Part shown: in pieces, positions 46,510 to 58,506 of the stretch | Layout of the letters: each line of letters starts with the position of its first letter | Position numbering within the stretch: the stretch's first letter is position 1 | Assembly (NCBI GenBank): GCA_010909165.1 | Contig: MU008192.1 | Coordinates: forward strand, 496,001-560,000 | DNA length: 64,000 bases | From: Anthoceros angustus | Lineage: Eukaryota; Plantae; Anthocerotophyta | Reading direction: 5' to 3' | The notes under the pieces: generated by a model | Seen by the model: the letters and a program-made list of their open reading frames with translations, nothing else | The model's database searches: none | Told to the model about the DNA's origin: nothing | Made by a program: the position numbers and the translations under genes

Positions 46510-48013
46510 CACTCTTGGCTGTCATGCATTGCGAGATCAAGTTGAATGAAACGAATGTCGATTCTTACCAAGGTGCAGTGACAGCGTGATAAGACGGCGC
46601 AGCAGACGCATGGTGGCCATTACTTGTGGCCGATGCTTGAGCTCGGCATTTTATACTGTGGAAGTCGGTGGCGATTGCCAATGCACGTGATAACTTACCA
46701 GTATTGAGGAAGAAGGATATTTAAGGACGGAATTTCCGTAATGGGACTGAGAAGCCGGAAAATACGTAAAAAGCATGGAAGTTTAACGCTGTGTATTCTG
46801 AATTGGGAAGAAAGGTTTTTATCGAGGTGAAAAAACGATGGGAAAAGCCCATCCAAGAGGGGACAACCAAAGGGGATCAGGGGTCGAGGTATTCTGAATT
46901 TGATCTAAATATGATAAAGTATATTCAAATAGGTGGTTTAGTGGTGTGAAATATACTCACCCTCATTTATTTCAAGACTCTCACATTTTTTTTAAGCATG
47001 TTCCTTCATGAGAAGAAACCTCGGAGTGAAGATCGAGTTGCTCTAAATAAGTTAGCGAACACAAAGGAACAATAGTCTGGATACATGAAATCGCCCCGTC
47101 GTGTCTCCTTCAAGAGTAACATGAGTTCATTGGAACTCACCACTTAAGTATCTTTTGGACGGATTAGTAGTTGGATGAGGTGCTATTGGACTTCGTCTCC
47201 GCAGCTTGCACGACTGTCAGTTGTTAGAGCCCTACAGGTTAGTCCAGATCAAAATATGAGGGAATGCATTTGTTAGTGCCCTAGGGGTTACTCCAAAACA
47301 AAACCCTCGTGCAAGACTGCGACGATATATATCTATCAAACCTCCGAATTCACTAAGAAAACCGTCCTCAAGTAAATATGGCATTGATGATTGATCACTG
47401 TATGTACATGTGGCCCACCGTGGCGTGATCCGCCATCTCGGTCTGAGTCTTCGTCAAAACAACCTCGCGCGAAAGTGGCTCCTCAAAGGTTGCTGGCCGC
47501 TGCCGGGAGGGCATCATAGTCCATATCACGTTGTGTGGCCATGGCGGCGAGAGACGAGCCCAAGTTGCATGACGGGGTCCTCGAGGCTGGAAGACTGCTT
47601 CTTCCGACAATCGCTCAACAACAACGCGTTCCACTGACCCCATATGTCACTGTAACCCAGAGTTGGAAGCAATCCGACGCACCTTTGACACATTCCACTT
47701 TGTCACCCACTTCAACAACAATGTGATGGGTCAAGCTCTGAGAGGCAAAACCAATGTGACTCTTACACCGCTACATCTAGCAGCAATGGTAGCGTTGTGT
47801 GTTCAACATCTTTTTGGATTTACTTCCAGCAGGTTTACTCAGTGTCCATGTTTAGGGTTCAGGGTGCGCTCATTGTAGGGTTCGGTTCAGGCAGTCAGGC
47901 TTCAAGTTCTCAAGAAGAAAGTAGGGCTCGATACGAGACGAGAAGAAACTAAATAACCATGCAATTGTAAGAAGAGCTGGCAATAAGGCAAAATACTAAG
48001 AAATGACGTTTGA

Positions 48014-48102
48014 AACTCTCTCGGAAGTAATTATACCAGCTACCTGTGTGGAGATCAAACGATAGTAGTGCCAGTGGAATCTTTTTCATGTAAATTATGA
48101 AT
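48014..48102 (-). pseudogene. Degraded duplicate of RING-gene exon 3 / intron 3 junction (19268-19355)
   Basis: AACTCTCTCGGAAGTAATTATACCAGCTACCTGTGTGGAGATCAAACGATAGTAGTGCCAGTGGAATCTTTTTCATGTAAATTATGAAT aligns end to end, in the same orientation, with 19268-19355 with scattered substitutions and small indels. Confidence 0.8.
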
Positions 48103-48418
48103 ATTAATGATATATTAAGAATCTATAGTTATAATATTTAATATATTATTATAAAAAATAATATATATTGAAGTATAATTCAACATTTATATTCAAGAAC
48201 ATTGGTTTGGCCTTTTCTCCAAAGATATATAAAAGACCAGATGTGGGGCCTTTAGGTGCGAACCTAGTTTTGTATCTTTGGGATATTGTGGTATATATTA
48301 ATTCTTTCTAGGCAGAAATAAAATTAGATTTCTAGTCCAGGATTAGTTTTATCCGCTATATATTATTTATTTATATGAAAGAATTTCTCTCATTATAAGA
48401 AGCATATTGAATTTTTTT

Positions 48419-48943
48419 TTATGATGGATTTGGATTTTTAAACATAGATTCATTCGGTACGGGACATTTCGAGTCCATCCTTTGATCGAAAACAAATTCA
48501 TAATAACAATCAGGAGCAAGTACATAACCTCTACTAGATTGTGGACAAAGTCTTGTGATGAGTTCGTCGCGAAGGACTTGGAGACATACAAAGCATTGCT
48601 CTTCCATTTCCATAGAACCTGCATGTTTATAACAAGTGAGTGCTACCCAACACTGGAAATAAGTAGGTGGTCCAGTGAATATTTTTGTATAATATGGAAG
48701 ATTGTTCTTCGTAAATTTTTTGAATCCATCATCTACAGCTCTTTGTGTTGCATATATTATGAAACTTTGTGATGCAGTATTTGTACTGCGGGGACCACAT
48801 TCAAATCTTATGGTTTGAACATCAGGATATTGTTGTGCCATGATTGTAAGAAATTGGAGAAAGATAAGTCCCAATAATAGATGTAAATGGGTACATACTA
48901 TGGATTTAAATAGGCCATCCAAAAGTGTATAAATTCTGTTCAT
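48419..48943 (-). CDS. Small secreted Cys-rich protein, Gnk2/DUF26-like, paralog 1 (174 aa; start uncertain)
   Basis: Hydrophobic N-terminus; FECG..TCYKHAGSMEMEEQCFVC..LCPQSSRGYVLAPDCYYEF; intronless; clear paralog of 50817-51323 and 60369-60836. Confidence 0.75.
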   Translation of the reverse strand: MNRIYTLLDGLFKSIVCTHLHLLLGLIFLQFLTIMAQQYPDVQTIRFECGPRSTNTASQSFIIYATQRAVDDGFKKFTKNNLPYYTKIFTGPPTYFQCWVALTCYKHAGSMEMEEQCFVCLQVLRDELITRLCPQSSRGYVLAPDCYYEFVFDQRMDSKCPVPNESMFKNPNPS

Positions 48944-50816
48944 CTGTCTTGAAGGATGAGATATATTCTCTCTTAAAATATTTGAAATTGTTAATATAAT
49001 AGATTGATGACAGGATCGTGTAATTAGTAGGGTAGCAAATAGCAATACCTAAGGTAACAAGAAGAGAATAAATGTGTCAATAATAAACGATAACTGTGAA
49101 TGTCAAATATTTAGGGAAGATATAATTCAACCTCTTGTGGTTTTCCAACTACTTATTTACACCCTTGATCATCCAACTTTATCTATTCGTGTGCTGCATT
49201 TTCTTTAGTCTGGACTATAGACATTTTCAACTCCTATTAAATATCTAAAATAGTTGATCATCCTTGGAGAATATCGTGCAATTTATTTTTGAGCCTTTAT
49301 AGTAATCCTTCATTTGTATACGGAATATGTTTCACATTTTCAATGTGATAAAAACTTAACTAAATAGATGTCCAATGTAGCATATAGTAAGGGTTGTCAT
49401 GTCCATTATGCAGAATCCTTAAAATTCTTCATCATTTTGATTTAATGGTCAGATAAATATCTACATTATACATATGAAACAAATATTTCTATATGTCAAA
49501 CTATGTATAATTATAGTATAAAATAAAATAATTATATATTTTATTATATAGTAAGAATATCTTGATAAACGTTCCCAATTCAATCACATTCATGTGATTG
49601 TATTTTATATAACATTGACCATATGTATCTATCCCGACAATGTATAGATCTCTTCATGTTGGTACATACTACTTCTCTAAGTATAGATCTCTTCATGTTC
49701 CTAGCTACTACTTCACTTCGAGAAGATAGATAAATACAAGTGATGCTTTTTTCAGCTATCTAATAGTATATTGTAGATCCTTTGAACTTAAATGGTGGTT
49801 TTTGGTCCATCCCACCCATAGTGTACATATATTTTACTACAATGGGTCGAGATATACGTTTAAGAAATTGGACCATTTTCTTAATATCAAGTACTGTACA
49901 TATACATGGGCATGGTAAAGGCCAAAAAGGTCGTGCATGTCGAGTTTAACAACCTAGTTCTTGGTTTTCTATACTAGACGTTAGGTTTTTGGGTTACTAC
50001 AATTAGTTGGGGCTACTTACGTTTTACAGCATTTACCCTCATATAACGGGAACTATCCTATTTATTTGCAACAAATCTATTTATCCTATTTGTCAGTTGA
50101 CTTTATCTTATCATTTCGTCGTCATAAAATAAGTATCACTCGCCTTCGCGGTTCTTGAGCTTTGGTCTGGCTGGCTTCAAGCAGCATCGTGCCGTTGGCG
50201 CTGGATGTCTGAAGGGCGCCGAATGGCTTGTAGTCATTATATTTCATGAAATAGGTATGTAATTTTCAGTCTATAATCTATGGTGTGAAGCTTTGTGTTT
50301 CAAAGTGATCTTCAAGTCTTCCTTCACTTTGTCCTATGGTAATGGGCCGCCAGACTACATATATATTTTTATATTAGCATTATATATATTTTTTGTTATC
50401 TTAACCATATATATTTACCCAATCAGAACTTTTGGTATACGTTTCTGTTCATATCGCCTTCTCTATCTTTCACAAATATCCTGTTAGCACGAGTCAATTG
50501 TGGCTTAACTATGTCTATACCGATTCACTAGCTACATAGGTAAGATAAGGGAACAAGTAACAAAAGCAATGGCCAAAATGCTACTTCACCAGAAAAATGT
50601 CCATAAGCTATTGAGATAAACATGAATATTCAAAATAACATGCCCAATTTCTTACTGCTTAGTGTTGGATTCCAATCCCATTCTTGAAACAATTTGCTCC
50701 ACTATTACAGCCCCATGTCTGCAACATTATCATTTGAGTAAGTCATGTTATTGAAAATATTGCAGACATAAAATACCTCATAATATCCAGCTCCTAGTGT
50801 CCTTTCTTCTGAAGAA

Positions 50817-51323
50817 CTACTCACCGGATTGTAGTGTATTTGGGTTTCCGTAGCCTATTGCAGGACAGCTTGAGTCCGTTCTTTGGTCAATGACATATTC
50901 GAAATGGCAATCTGGGGCAAGTATGTAACCCGTACTAGCCTCTGGACAAAGTCTTGTAATGAGCTCGTCACGAAGAACTTGAAGGCAAACAAAACATTGT
51001 TCTTCGGACTCCATAGAATGAGAATGAAGATCACAAGATAATGCTACCCAACATTGAAGATAAGTAGGTGCGCCTGTGAAGATCTTTGTATAATATGGAA
51101 ATTTCTTTTTGCTGAAGTTTTTATACCCTTCGTCTACAGCTCTTTGTGTTGCATCAATCACAAAATTTTGTGATGCACTATTTTTATAACGGACACCACA
51201 CTCGTATCGGCGTGTTTGAACATTCGGAAATAATTGTGCCACAATTACAAATGGGTGAAGGAATATTAGAGAAAATAAACACACATTTCTACATATATAT
51301 GCTTGTTTTGGGTGTGCCATCAT
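50817..51323 (-). CDS. Small secreted Cys-rich protein, Gnk2/DUF26-like, paralog 2 (168 aa)
   Basis: Signal-like CLFSLIFLHPFVIVA; YECG..SCDLHSHSMESEEQCFVC..LCPEASTGYILAPDCHFEY. Confidence 0.8.
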   Translation of the reverse strand: MMAHPKQAYICRNVCLFSLIFLHPFVIVAQLFPNVQTRRYECGVRYKNSASQNFVIDATQRAVDEGYKNFSKKKFPYYTKIFTGAPTYLQCWVALSCDLHSHSMESEEQCFVCLQVLRDELITRLCPEASTGYILAPDCHFEYVIDQRTDSSCPAIGYGNPNTLQSGE

Positions 51324-52477
51324 GTACAAAAAACACTAGAGACAAGGTGTTCCAGTAGGACATATAAGACATCAGAAAAGGGAAAAGAATTGAACCATAT
51401 TTTAACTTTAGGTGATAATCCTAGTGGGTTTCAATCTTACAGCTCTATGGAGTTTTTCAATTATTCCTGCATTAACGATTTTGGTAATCTATAAATCATA
51501 TACAACCTTCCCTCATGGATCAAGGAGTCTAGCTTTTTTTTTCCCACGGATTCCTTTTGTGAATGCGTAATTTGATGGATCTTATGATGTTGTGTAGTGT
51601 GAGAGCTTCATTTCATCATGCACGTATAGTCCCATATAAACCTCTCATCCTATGTGCAACAAAACTTATAATGCTCATTGGATGTGAGTTCATCCCTATG
51701 AAAATAAGGCAATATATGTATAATATGTATACATGATAATGACTCAAGTTTAATTTTCTTTCTCATAGTCTTACCTAGAATGAACTCAAGTTGAATGTGC
51801 TATGAGATGTGAAAGAACTATATACAAACTAGAAAGAATATGTAGCAAGCCAACACGCCCCAAAGAATTCCATGCTCATAGACCATCAAGAATTTTGTGT
51901 ACATATATGTATCCTAAGCATAAAACATAAACTTGTGTGTTCATATGGGAGCATAAATTGAAGCTCAAATATGCGTGTCCAGGCTTTATGTACTAAAATG
52001 GTGGATATAAAGAATAGCATAATGTTAATTTCAATATAATAAGAATATTTTGATTAAAAATATAAAATATAAGATATTTAATTCTTTTTGAAGAACTCAA
52101 TAAAGATTCTATATCCTTGTATTGTAATAAAAGGTAGTCAAGGTAGATGGTCAATCTTATTCATGATATTAATATAGCTTTCATTTCGTAGCACATCCTA
52201 CCGTATCGTATCTGGGAGGATGTGTATGTAGCCTCTAGTCCTCTGATATTTTAATTGGTCTTACTGTAGTCATGGAAAAAGGGGGGGCCAAGGGAGTGTG
52301 AATTGTGGTGGCGCCATCTAGGTGCTGGTGCTCCAGGATTGCCTTTGATTTGGATGCGGTAGCAGCATGTAGGCACTTGTGCTCCTCTTGCCGTTCTTTC
52401 GGACGCGGCATGTGGGCGGTGACATTCCTCGAGTGCCTTTCTTTTGGTGTCATCTACCTTTAAACTTCCGATTAAAC

Positions 52478-52541
52478 GGCTTAAGGGTGGATCACTATTG
52501 AGATAAGGGGGCTTAAGGGTGGATCACTATTGAGACAAGGG
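52478..52541 (+). repeat. Tandem duplication, 2 x 32 bp
   Basis: GGCTTAAGGGTGGATCACTATTGAGA(T/C)AAGGG twice, with a partial third copy near 52578. Confidence 0.85.
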
Positions 52542-53019
52542 ACCGACCTATGTTTCGTGGAACGATACAATTTATGCGGATCACTATTGGCATAGGGGTC
52601 ATCCTCCATATTGCTCACTCTTTTAAAAAGCTCCATTTACACTTGGATAGTCCCCATTGTCTAGGGTGCGCCAATTTCTCATGTGAGAGACCCAAAGACG
52701 TGGGACCTTCCTTCGTTTTTCCATGAGACTCTTAGGGTCTCCTAAGAAGTAGAGACGACTCCTCGTCTCTACTTTTGAGGGTGTGAAATTTGGGGGTTGA
52801 CGATGGAAAACCGTGCTTTGTCACGTTTTCAAAACTTTGGCCAAAACCTTAAGTGTGAAAGTCCGAAGTGAAGAATGAAACCATGTTTTTTGAGGGTTTT
52901 ACCTGTTATGGTTTTTTTTTAAGGTAACACAATCCTCTAATTACCCACCACAAAATGGTTACATTCGAAGATGGAAACCAAATGTAACAAGCCATGTAGT
53001 CATATGGACATCATGAATT

Positions 53020-55752
53020 TCAAAATGACGATATAACGGGTTTGAAGGGTTGCATGCATGAACGGTAAACAACAAAAGGTGGATGCCGCATCACTGTAAT
53101 TCTATGACTGTGGATATCCGGTGAACGCGGCTTCATCAGTGAACTTCGACTCCAGCGCAAGTCAAGTGTTGGGTTGCCCTGGATAGTGGCAGTCATATCT
53201 ATGTTGCGAAACATGACATGAAAGTACGGAGGCCGGCGGCTTGCATTCTCCGCGGTTTCTCGAAAGTCCCCGAGGCACCAACGCTTTGATGTGTTGAACG
53301 TCATTTCAACCTCACCGCTAACCGACATAATCCATGCCCATTGGCCTAACCTCATCGGCTACAATGTTAGATGCACAAGCGAGTGATGACATATCCGCGA
53401 ATACAGATCGATGGTTATGTCCCGGACATGCTCAATGCTTCAGCAGAGATAGCATCGTAGTAGCCGGTAGTTTGTAAACGCCATGATGACAATACGCGGA
53501 ATGTGGGAGGAGTTTGACAATGCGCTGTGCTATTTTACGGGTTATGGCGAAGCGGTGGTTCTTATTGCAAGGGTGATCATGGGCCCGCTATGGTAGCATC
53601 ACGCCTCAACATTCAATGGCGACAAAGAACAAAGCGCAAAATCGTGCTTGCGTAATCCAAATTGAAAACAAGCACACGAGAACATGCACTCGGGTTGACG
53701 GTCATCACAGACACAACCGGACAAAGATACTCGATCCGGCCTCAACACCGGTTGTCCTGTTTGTGCTCACCGTAAGTGACACCTCTCCATCTGCCTCACC
53801 AACGATGCCGGAGTCGAACACCGAACATTTGGCATTACCAATCGCCCCACCCAAAGACATCGAGATTCACAAACATTAGGTTCATATGCCCCAGTTTTTC
53901 CGGCCGCTATCCATGGTAGGGGTGAACCAATGGATCATAGTCCTTAGTGGTCGTGTCCAAGGGAAGGTGACCTTGTCCATCGCCGCCGAGAGCTGTAGCA
54001 CTATGTTCCGTGCCCAAACTCGCCACTAGCCCTGTGCTCCCTATTACCTTTGTCAATCGAATCGCGCCACACCGCCCACAAAGACAAGACATGGAAGGAT
54101 CTCACACCTGGGTGTAGAATGCTTTCCGATTGCGTGGCGCTTGAGATCCACAAACCGCCTGCCCTTGCCACATTGTTCATCATCGGTTCTTTGGTGAACG
54201 CCTTAGGCCCCGCTGTAGCCTTCAACCTCTCCCAACTCTTCCTCCTCGCTTGGCCGCTTCTAAAGTATTGAGACGGAGGTCCATGAATTGAGCTGCCTGG
54301 GATCTCATCATCGACATCGCTAGCGCACTTGAGAGCGGCTACCATACGATCCAGAGCTCGCACACCCATCCAGACCCACTCGCCCACCGTGTATACCCAT
54401 CAACTTCCTCAACAACCCGATAGGCTTCGTATGGGAAACTACCTATCATCTGTATGTTATAACATGCCTTATGTTCCATGCCTTCTCCTCAAAGCGTTGT
54501 CAACCTGTGCCATCATTCATAGTTGAAGTCGCAGTGAGTGAGAAATGTTGTGGCACACAATCCGCTTCAACGATCCAGCCCGTGGTGATATAATCCTGCA
54601 TCATACTGTCGCACCGCTTTCACATTAGTTTTGTGCAAGTGACACACTTTACAAGTCGCAAGCAAAACCTCCCGTACCATGGACATGTCATCCGGGAATG
54701 AAATACCACGACGCGAAATACCTCGTCGTGATGCCCTGGAATTGCAATATGATATTTTCAAACTCATCGCCGAATCGCTGTCATACTCCTTGAGTTGGCA
54801 TCCGATGCAACCCTCGTGGCAAGTCCAATAGGAACAGGCAAACGGACGGGTTCCACAAATCGAGCCATTCTCACGATGTTACCACATATTATTCCTATCC
54901 CGCATGATCTCCTGGCATCTCTCGATCGTCTTCAACTTATCGGATCGGAGGTCTCCAAAGAATCGCCGCTCATCTCGCCATAATCTTCCACGCTTTGGCC
55001 TTCAACACATGTTCCTTGAAACTCTCGTGAGTGCACTCCACGTTAGGCAAGCATTGGCTCGCACACCAAGGCAAAACCATCATCAACCATGAGTGTTCAT
55101 GGGCATATGGAGTGTACATGGGCCGCAAGCGCTCAAGGCGCCTAAGAAACAAATCGGATGCCCACCAAAGATACTTAGAAATCAAACATATGACAAGCAA
55201 TCGGGTCCTGTGGACATTCCATACTTGCCCTGCCACACTTAGCACCAAAGCCGCTGAAGCCGCCGATCCGTCCGATGTTGTTGAACGGTGCACTGCGCCA
55301 TAGAGGTAGAGGCTCAGAGTGCATCGCACGCTTGCAAGAGCTTCCACGTTTCCTAAAGAGGTTTGTGGTGCTGCCCAACCAAAGCAAGTTTTTGACGACC
55401 GACTCGATGTAGAAGTGAGACCGCCAAACCGCGTAGAGTTCCAAAGGCAAGTAGCCGATGCAGCCTCCCAAGAGCTCGTAGCAATGTAATGTAAGAAGGG
55501 GAGGATGCGGAGCCGGACACAAGCCAAAGAAACGCAGGAGTTTCAAATCGACAAGCTAATCTCGCCACCCTATTCGACGAGAGAGGCACCGCATGGAAGA
55601 AGCATCAAGGAGTCCGGTCACCGGGAGAGTGACCATGGAGAAGAACCTAGTCAGAGACTCAAAGCTTTCGATATATGTTCCGACATTTGAACAAGTCTCA
55701 AGAACATGACGAAGAGCAATGTCTTCATAATCCTGCTCGAGGAAGGGGATGA
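53020..55752 (-). pseudogene. Large decayed ORF of unknown family; putative C-terminal extension of ParB-methyltransferase copy 2
   Basis: Protein-like segments across frameshifts (IIPFLEQDYEDIALRHVLETC; LHCYELLGGCIGYLPLELYAVW; HEHSWLMMVLPWC; CDSMMQDYITTGWIVE; LDRMVAALKC). Joins in frame to 58122 if the repeat is removed. Lower boundary uncertain. Confidence 0.45.
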
Positions 55753-56133
55753 TGCCACGGCCAGCTATCGCTGGAGCCGGAAACAAGAGAGTTAACGAGA
55801 AGGACCGGACACCGACCGCCTGATGAGGCACTGGCATGAGTAATGGCCACAGCAGAGCACGCGTAGGGCATGCCTAGGACATAGCCGCTAGAGCTAGACA
55901 AAGGAAACAAGGTTAGAACTAAAGGTTAGACTAAGCAGGATTAAGCTAACCCCAGTTAGTCACTAACCCATCCAGTAGTTAAGTTAGCTCAGGTAAAGAA
56001 ACGGTCGGAACCCGGGACACGGGGGGTACAAGAACCAGGTGCTCCCATAATCGCTCTCGATTCCCCGCAGGGGCTTCTTCACCGTGGTCGGACCCCCAAG
56101 CTCGTGAGATGTCTAGGCGCATCTCTGCTTACA
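55753..56133 (+). repeat. LTR-like repeat (381 bp, TG...CA), inverted partner of 58123-58506
   Basis: Includes a 56-nt block (55866-55921) exactly reverse-complementary to 58328-58383; similarity spans the whole length. Confidence 0.85.
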
Positions 56134-58122
56134 CTTGTAGTCATAGAGGTTAAAGATGCGGATGTGCCAGTGAGAGTGTGGAAGTGCTTTCAAGGGATTG
56201 AACATTCGGCAGCTGGCAACAACAATTTGAAGACAGCATGCATGAAGGTCTTGTCTTGGGAAATGAGTTTACGGCAAATGCAGGATTGGGTGGAGAAAGC
56301 CAAAAAACTGAACCTCATTCACGTCACACTTGCGAAGAACCTGAATTGCGAGACGTTTGAGCAGGCTAGGGAGCGGTATCCTCAATCGGAAGCCGCGATT
56401 CAAGACCAGCTCCGGCACGATTCTCCTCCATCACGTGTGTCGGCTCGCAAGTTTCAGGCTCATTCCTCCCTTCGTTCACAATTTCCCTTCCTCTTGCTCT
56501 CGACGTCTTAGCTGCGTGTTGTTCGGCTGCATGCGATTTTTCGCGTCCCCGGGCTTACACTTTCCGCCACGCCCTCCTGCGTTCTAACTCCTCTACTTCT
56601 GGCTGCAGGGCTTGGCTCTGGACGCTCCACATCGGTCGTAGGCCCTGTCCGCTTCCTCAGTCGTGACGAGATCCCACTGGCTTCCATTGCGACAAAATCC
56701 CAGCTAGAATTGAAACGGTTAGAGCATGGCGATCGACACTTAATCAGCGATTTGTGGTGCACTTAAGCTCTCCCTTGCACCCTTCTTCACATGCGACAGA
56801 CAGTGACCAGATAACCTGTTGGAACAAGGCTGATTGGAATCGAAATTGAATTCCACTTGCAGATCGTGCAGGATCGTGGGCTTGTGTCCAGCTTGGCACG
56901 TTACCGACTGTCGCAAGTGCTTCCAACGGGGTGCTGCTGATCGCTGCCTTGTGGACCTTCCTTTGGACTAGAAGGGTGCGAGCCCATGTGTGAGTACCGA
57001 CGTCAAGTTCACCGATCTCAAGATGTATCCGCCATCACCATCGCGGCGGTACTAGTTGGAAATCCTCTCGGTCTTTGAAATTACTGCATGATCATCACCA
57101 CGGCACAGGCCAGAACTTGACTCGGTTGCTGCTCGTGCACGGAGATTGCAAGTTTCTGACTGTTTGCTTAACCACGCATTCGCCGGTGTTCAAAACTTCA
57201 ACACTCACTTAAGCACGACAAGTGACAGAATTTCTGACCATCCTCAACCAATACGGCCAATTACGTTTAGCAGGTCCTGCATCTCGACTTGTGACACAAA
57301 ACCCGTTTCCATTGCAGGGTGCTTGTGTAAAGAATCTGAAGCGTCAAAACGCCTCTTGCATCGTCTTGGGTCCAAGACCTCACGACTGCAAGGTGACAGG
57401 AACTTGAAGCGTCAGAACGCCTCTAGCTTGCATCGTCTTGGGTCCAAGACCTCACGACTACAAGGTGACAAGAACTTGAAGCGTCAGAATGCCTCTTGCA
57501 TCGTCTTGGGTTCAAGACTTCACGACTACAAGGTAACAAGAACTTGAAGCGTCAGAACGCCTCTTGCATCGTCTTGGGTCCAAGACCTCACGACTGCAAG
57601 GTGACAAGTCTCCTTAAGCTCAAATCCTCTGGCCTTGGTGCGGTTTCTCCTCTTTCTCTACCATCGCAGCTATCACACATTTTTGCACCATGGTGGGAGC
57701 GCTCGCCCACCCGAACGGCATGGCTCTGTTCAGCTTTCCGTTCTTGATCCTTCCTGCTTCACTGAAGCTGCTCCACTTCGCGATCTTTCTTGCCCTACCC
57801 AAGTGGCTCTGCTTCTTGCCTTCTTTTTTCTGGCACTTCTCCAGTGCACTCCCCATCTTCCTTTCACCTAGGGGTAAGGATCCCGCCTTGACATCCGCTC
57901 TCTGACGAAGGCCTCTGCCCCCTCGAAATTACCGTGGGATTCCCACCAGATCCCGAGCCAACGGAGAATCAAGACACTTCGCCCAGGCTTGCCTGACCAC
58001 GCCCTGCCCGGTGATCACTCCCCACTCCTGCATTGTCCGTGTGGAGCTTCCCGACACTGAGGCACAACCAATCAAAGATCGCGATCTCTTGAGTCATGTC
58101 TCGACGATCGCCTGGCACGAGA
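56134..58122 (+). pseudogene. Middle part of ParB-methyltransferase copy 2 (apparently inverted)
   Basis: VPVRVWKCFQGI..KVLSWEMSLRQM..LIHVTLAKNLNCETFEQARERYP matches copy 1 (PWKSFRGI..VIQVAMAKHPECSS/FEEVRKEYP). DLP(F)G-like reading at 56954-56967 needs a 1-nt frameshift; LDL/VSIAGCL/CIVL tail at ~57280-57370 is only weakly MTase-like. Confidence 0.6.
57330..57608 (+). repeat. Tandem array, 4 x 68 bp (one unit 72 bp)
   Basis: GAAGCGTCA anchors at 57338, 57406, 57478 and 57546. Confidence 0.92.
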
Positions 58123-58506
58123 TGGGCGCAGATGCGCCTAGACATCTCGACGAGCTGTCCGACCACCAGAAGAAGCCCCCTGCAGGAATCGAGAGAGCCT
58201 AATTATGGGAGCACCTGGTTCTTGTACCCCCCGCGTCCCGGGTTCCGACCTTTTCTTTACCTGAGCTAACTTAATTCATCGGATGGGTTAGTGACTAATC
58301 AAGTTAGAACTCGCTTAGTCTAACCTCTAGTTCTAACCTTGTTTCCTTTGTCTAGCTCTAGCGGCTATGTCCTAGGCATGCCCCACGCTGCTCACCGCGG
58401 CCATTACTGTATGCCAGCCTTTCATCCGGACGCCTCGATCGTGTGTCCAGCCCTTCTCGTTGAGTCGCTTCTTCTCCTGGCCTCACGGCGATAGGCCGCG
58501 GTAACA
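58123..58506 (-). repeat. LTR-like repeat (384 bp, TG...CA on minus), inverted partner of 55753-56133
   Basis: Minus strand starts TGTTAC at 58506 and ends CA at 58123. Confidence 0.85.

Noticed and set aside
49600-49960. Transposase remnant (HYGWDG, CACTA-like, or MGGMDQK, Sola-like, in overlapping frames) with a 39-bp duplication
   Set aside because: Two mutually exclusive 6-7 residue readings in heavily decayed AT-rich DNA; not enough to call.
57330-57608. CRISPR array (also considered for 61360-61491)
   Set aside because: Units are contiguous with no unique spacers, no cas genes, and the context is eukaryotic.
55753-58506. DIRS element or Mutator element with long TIRs
   Set aside because: No RT, tyrosine recombinase or MULE transposase between the repeats, no 9-bp TSD, and the interior is a piece of the flanking gene.
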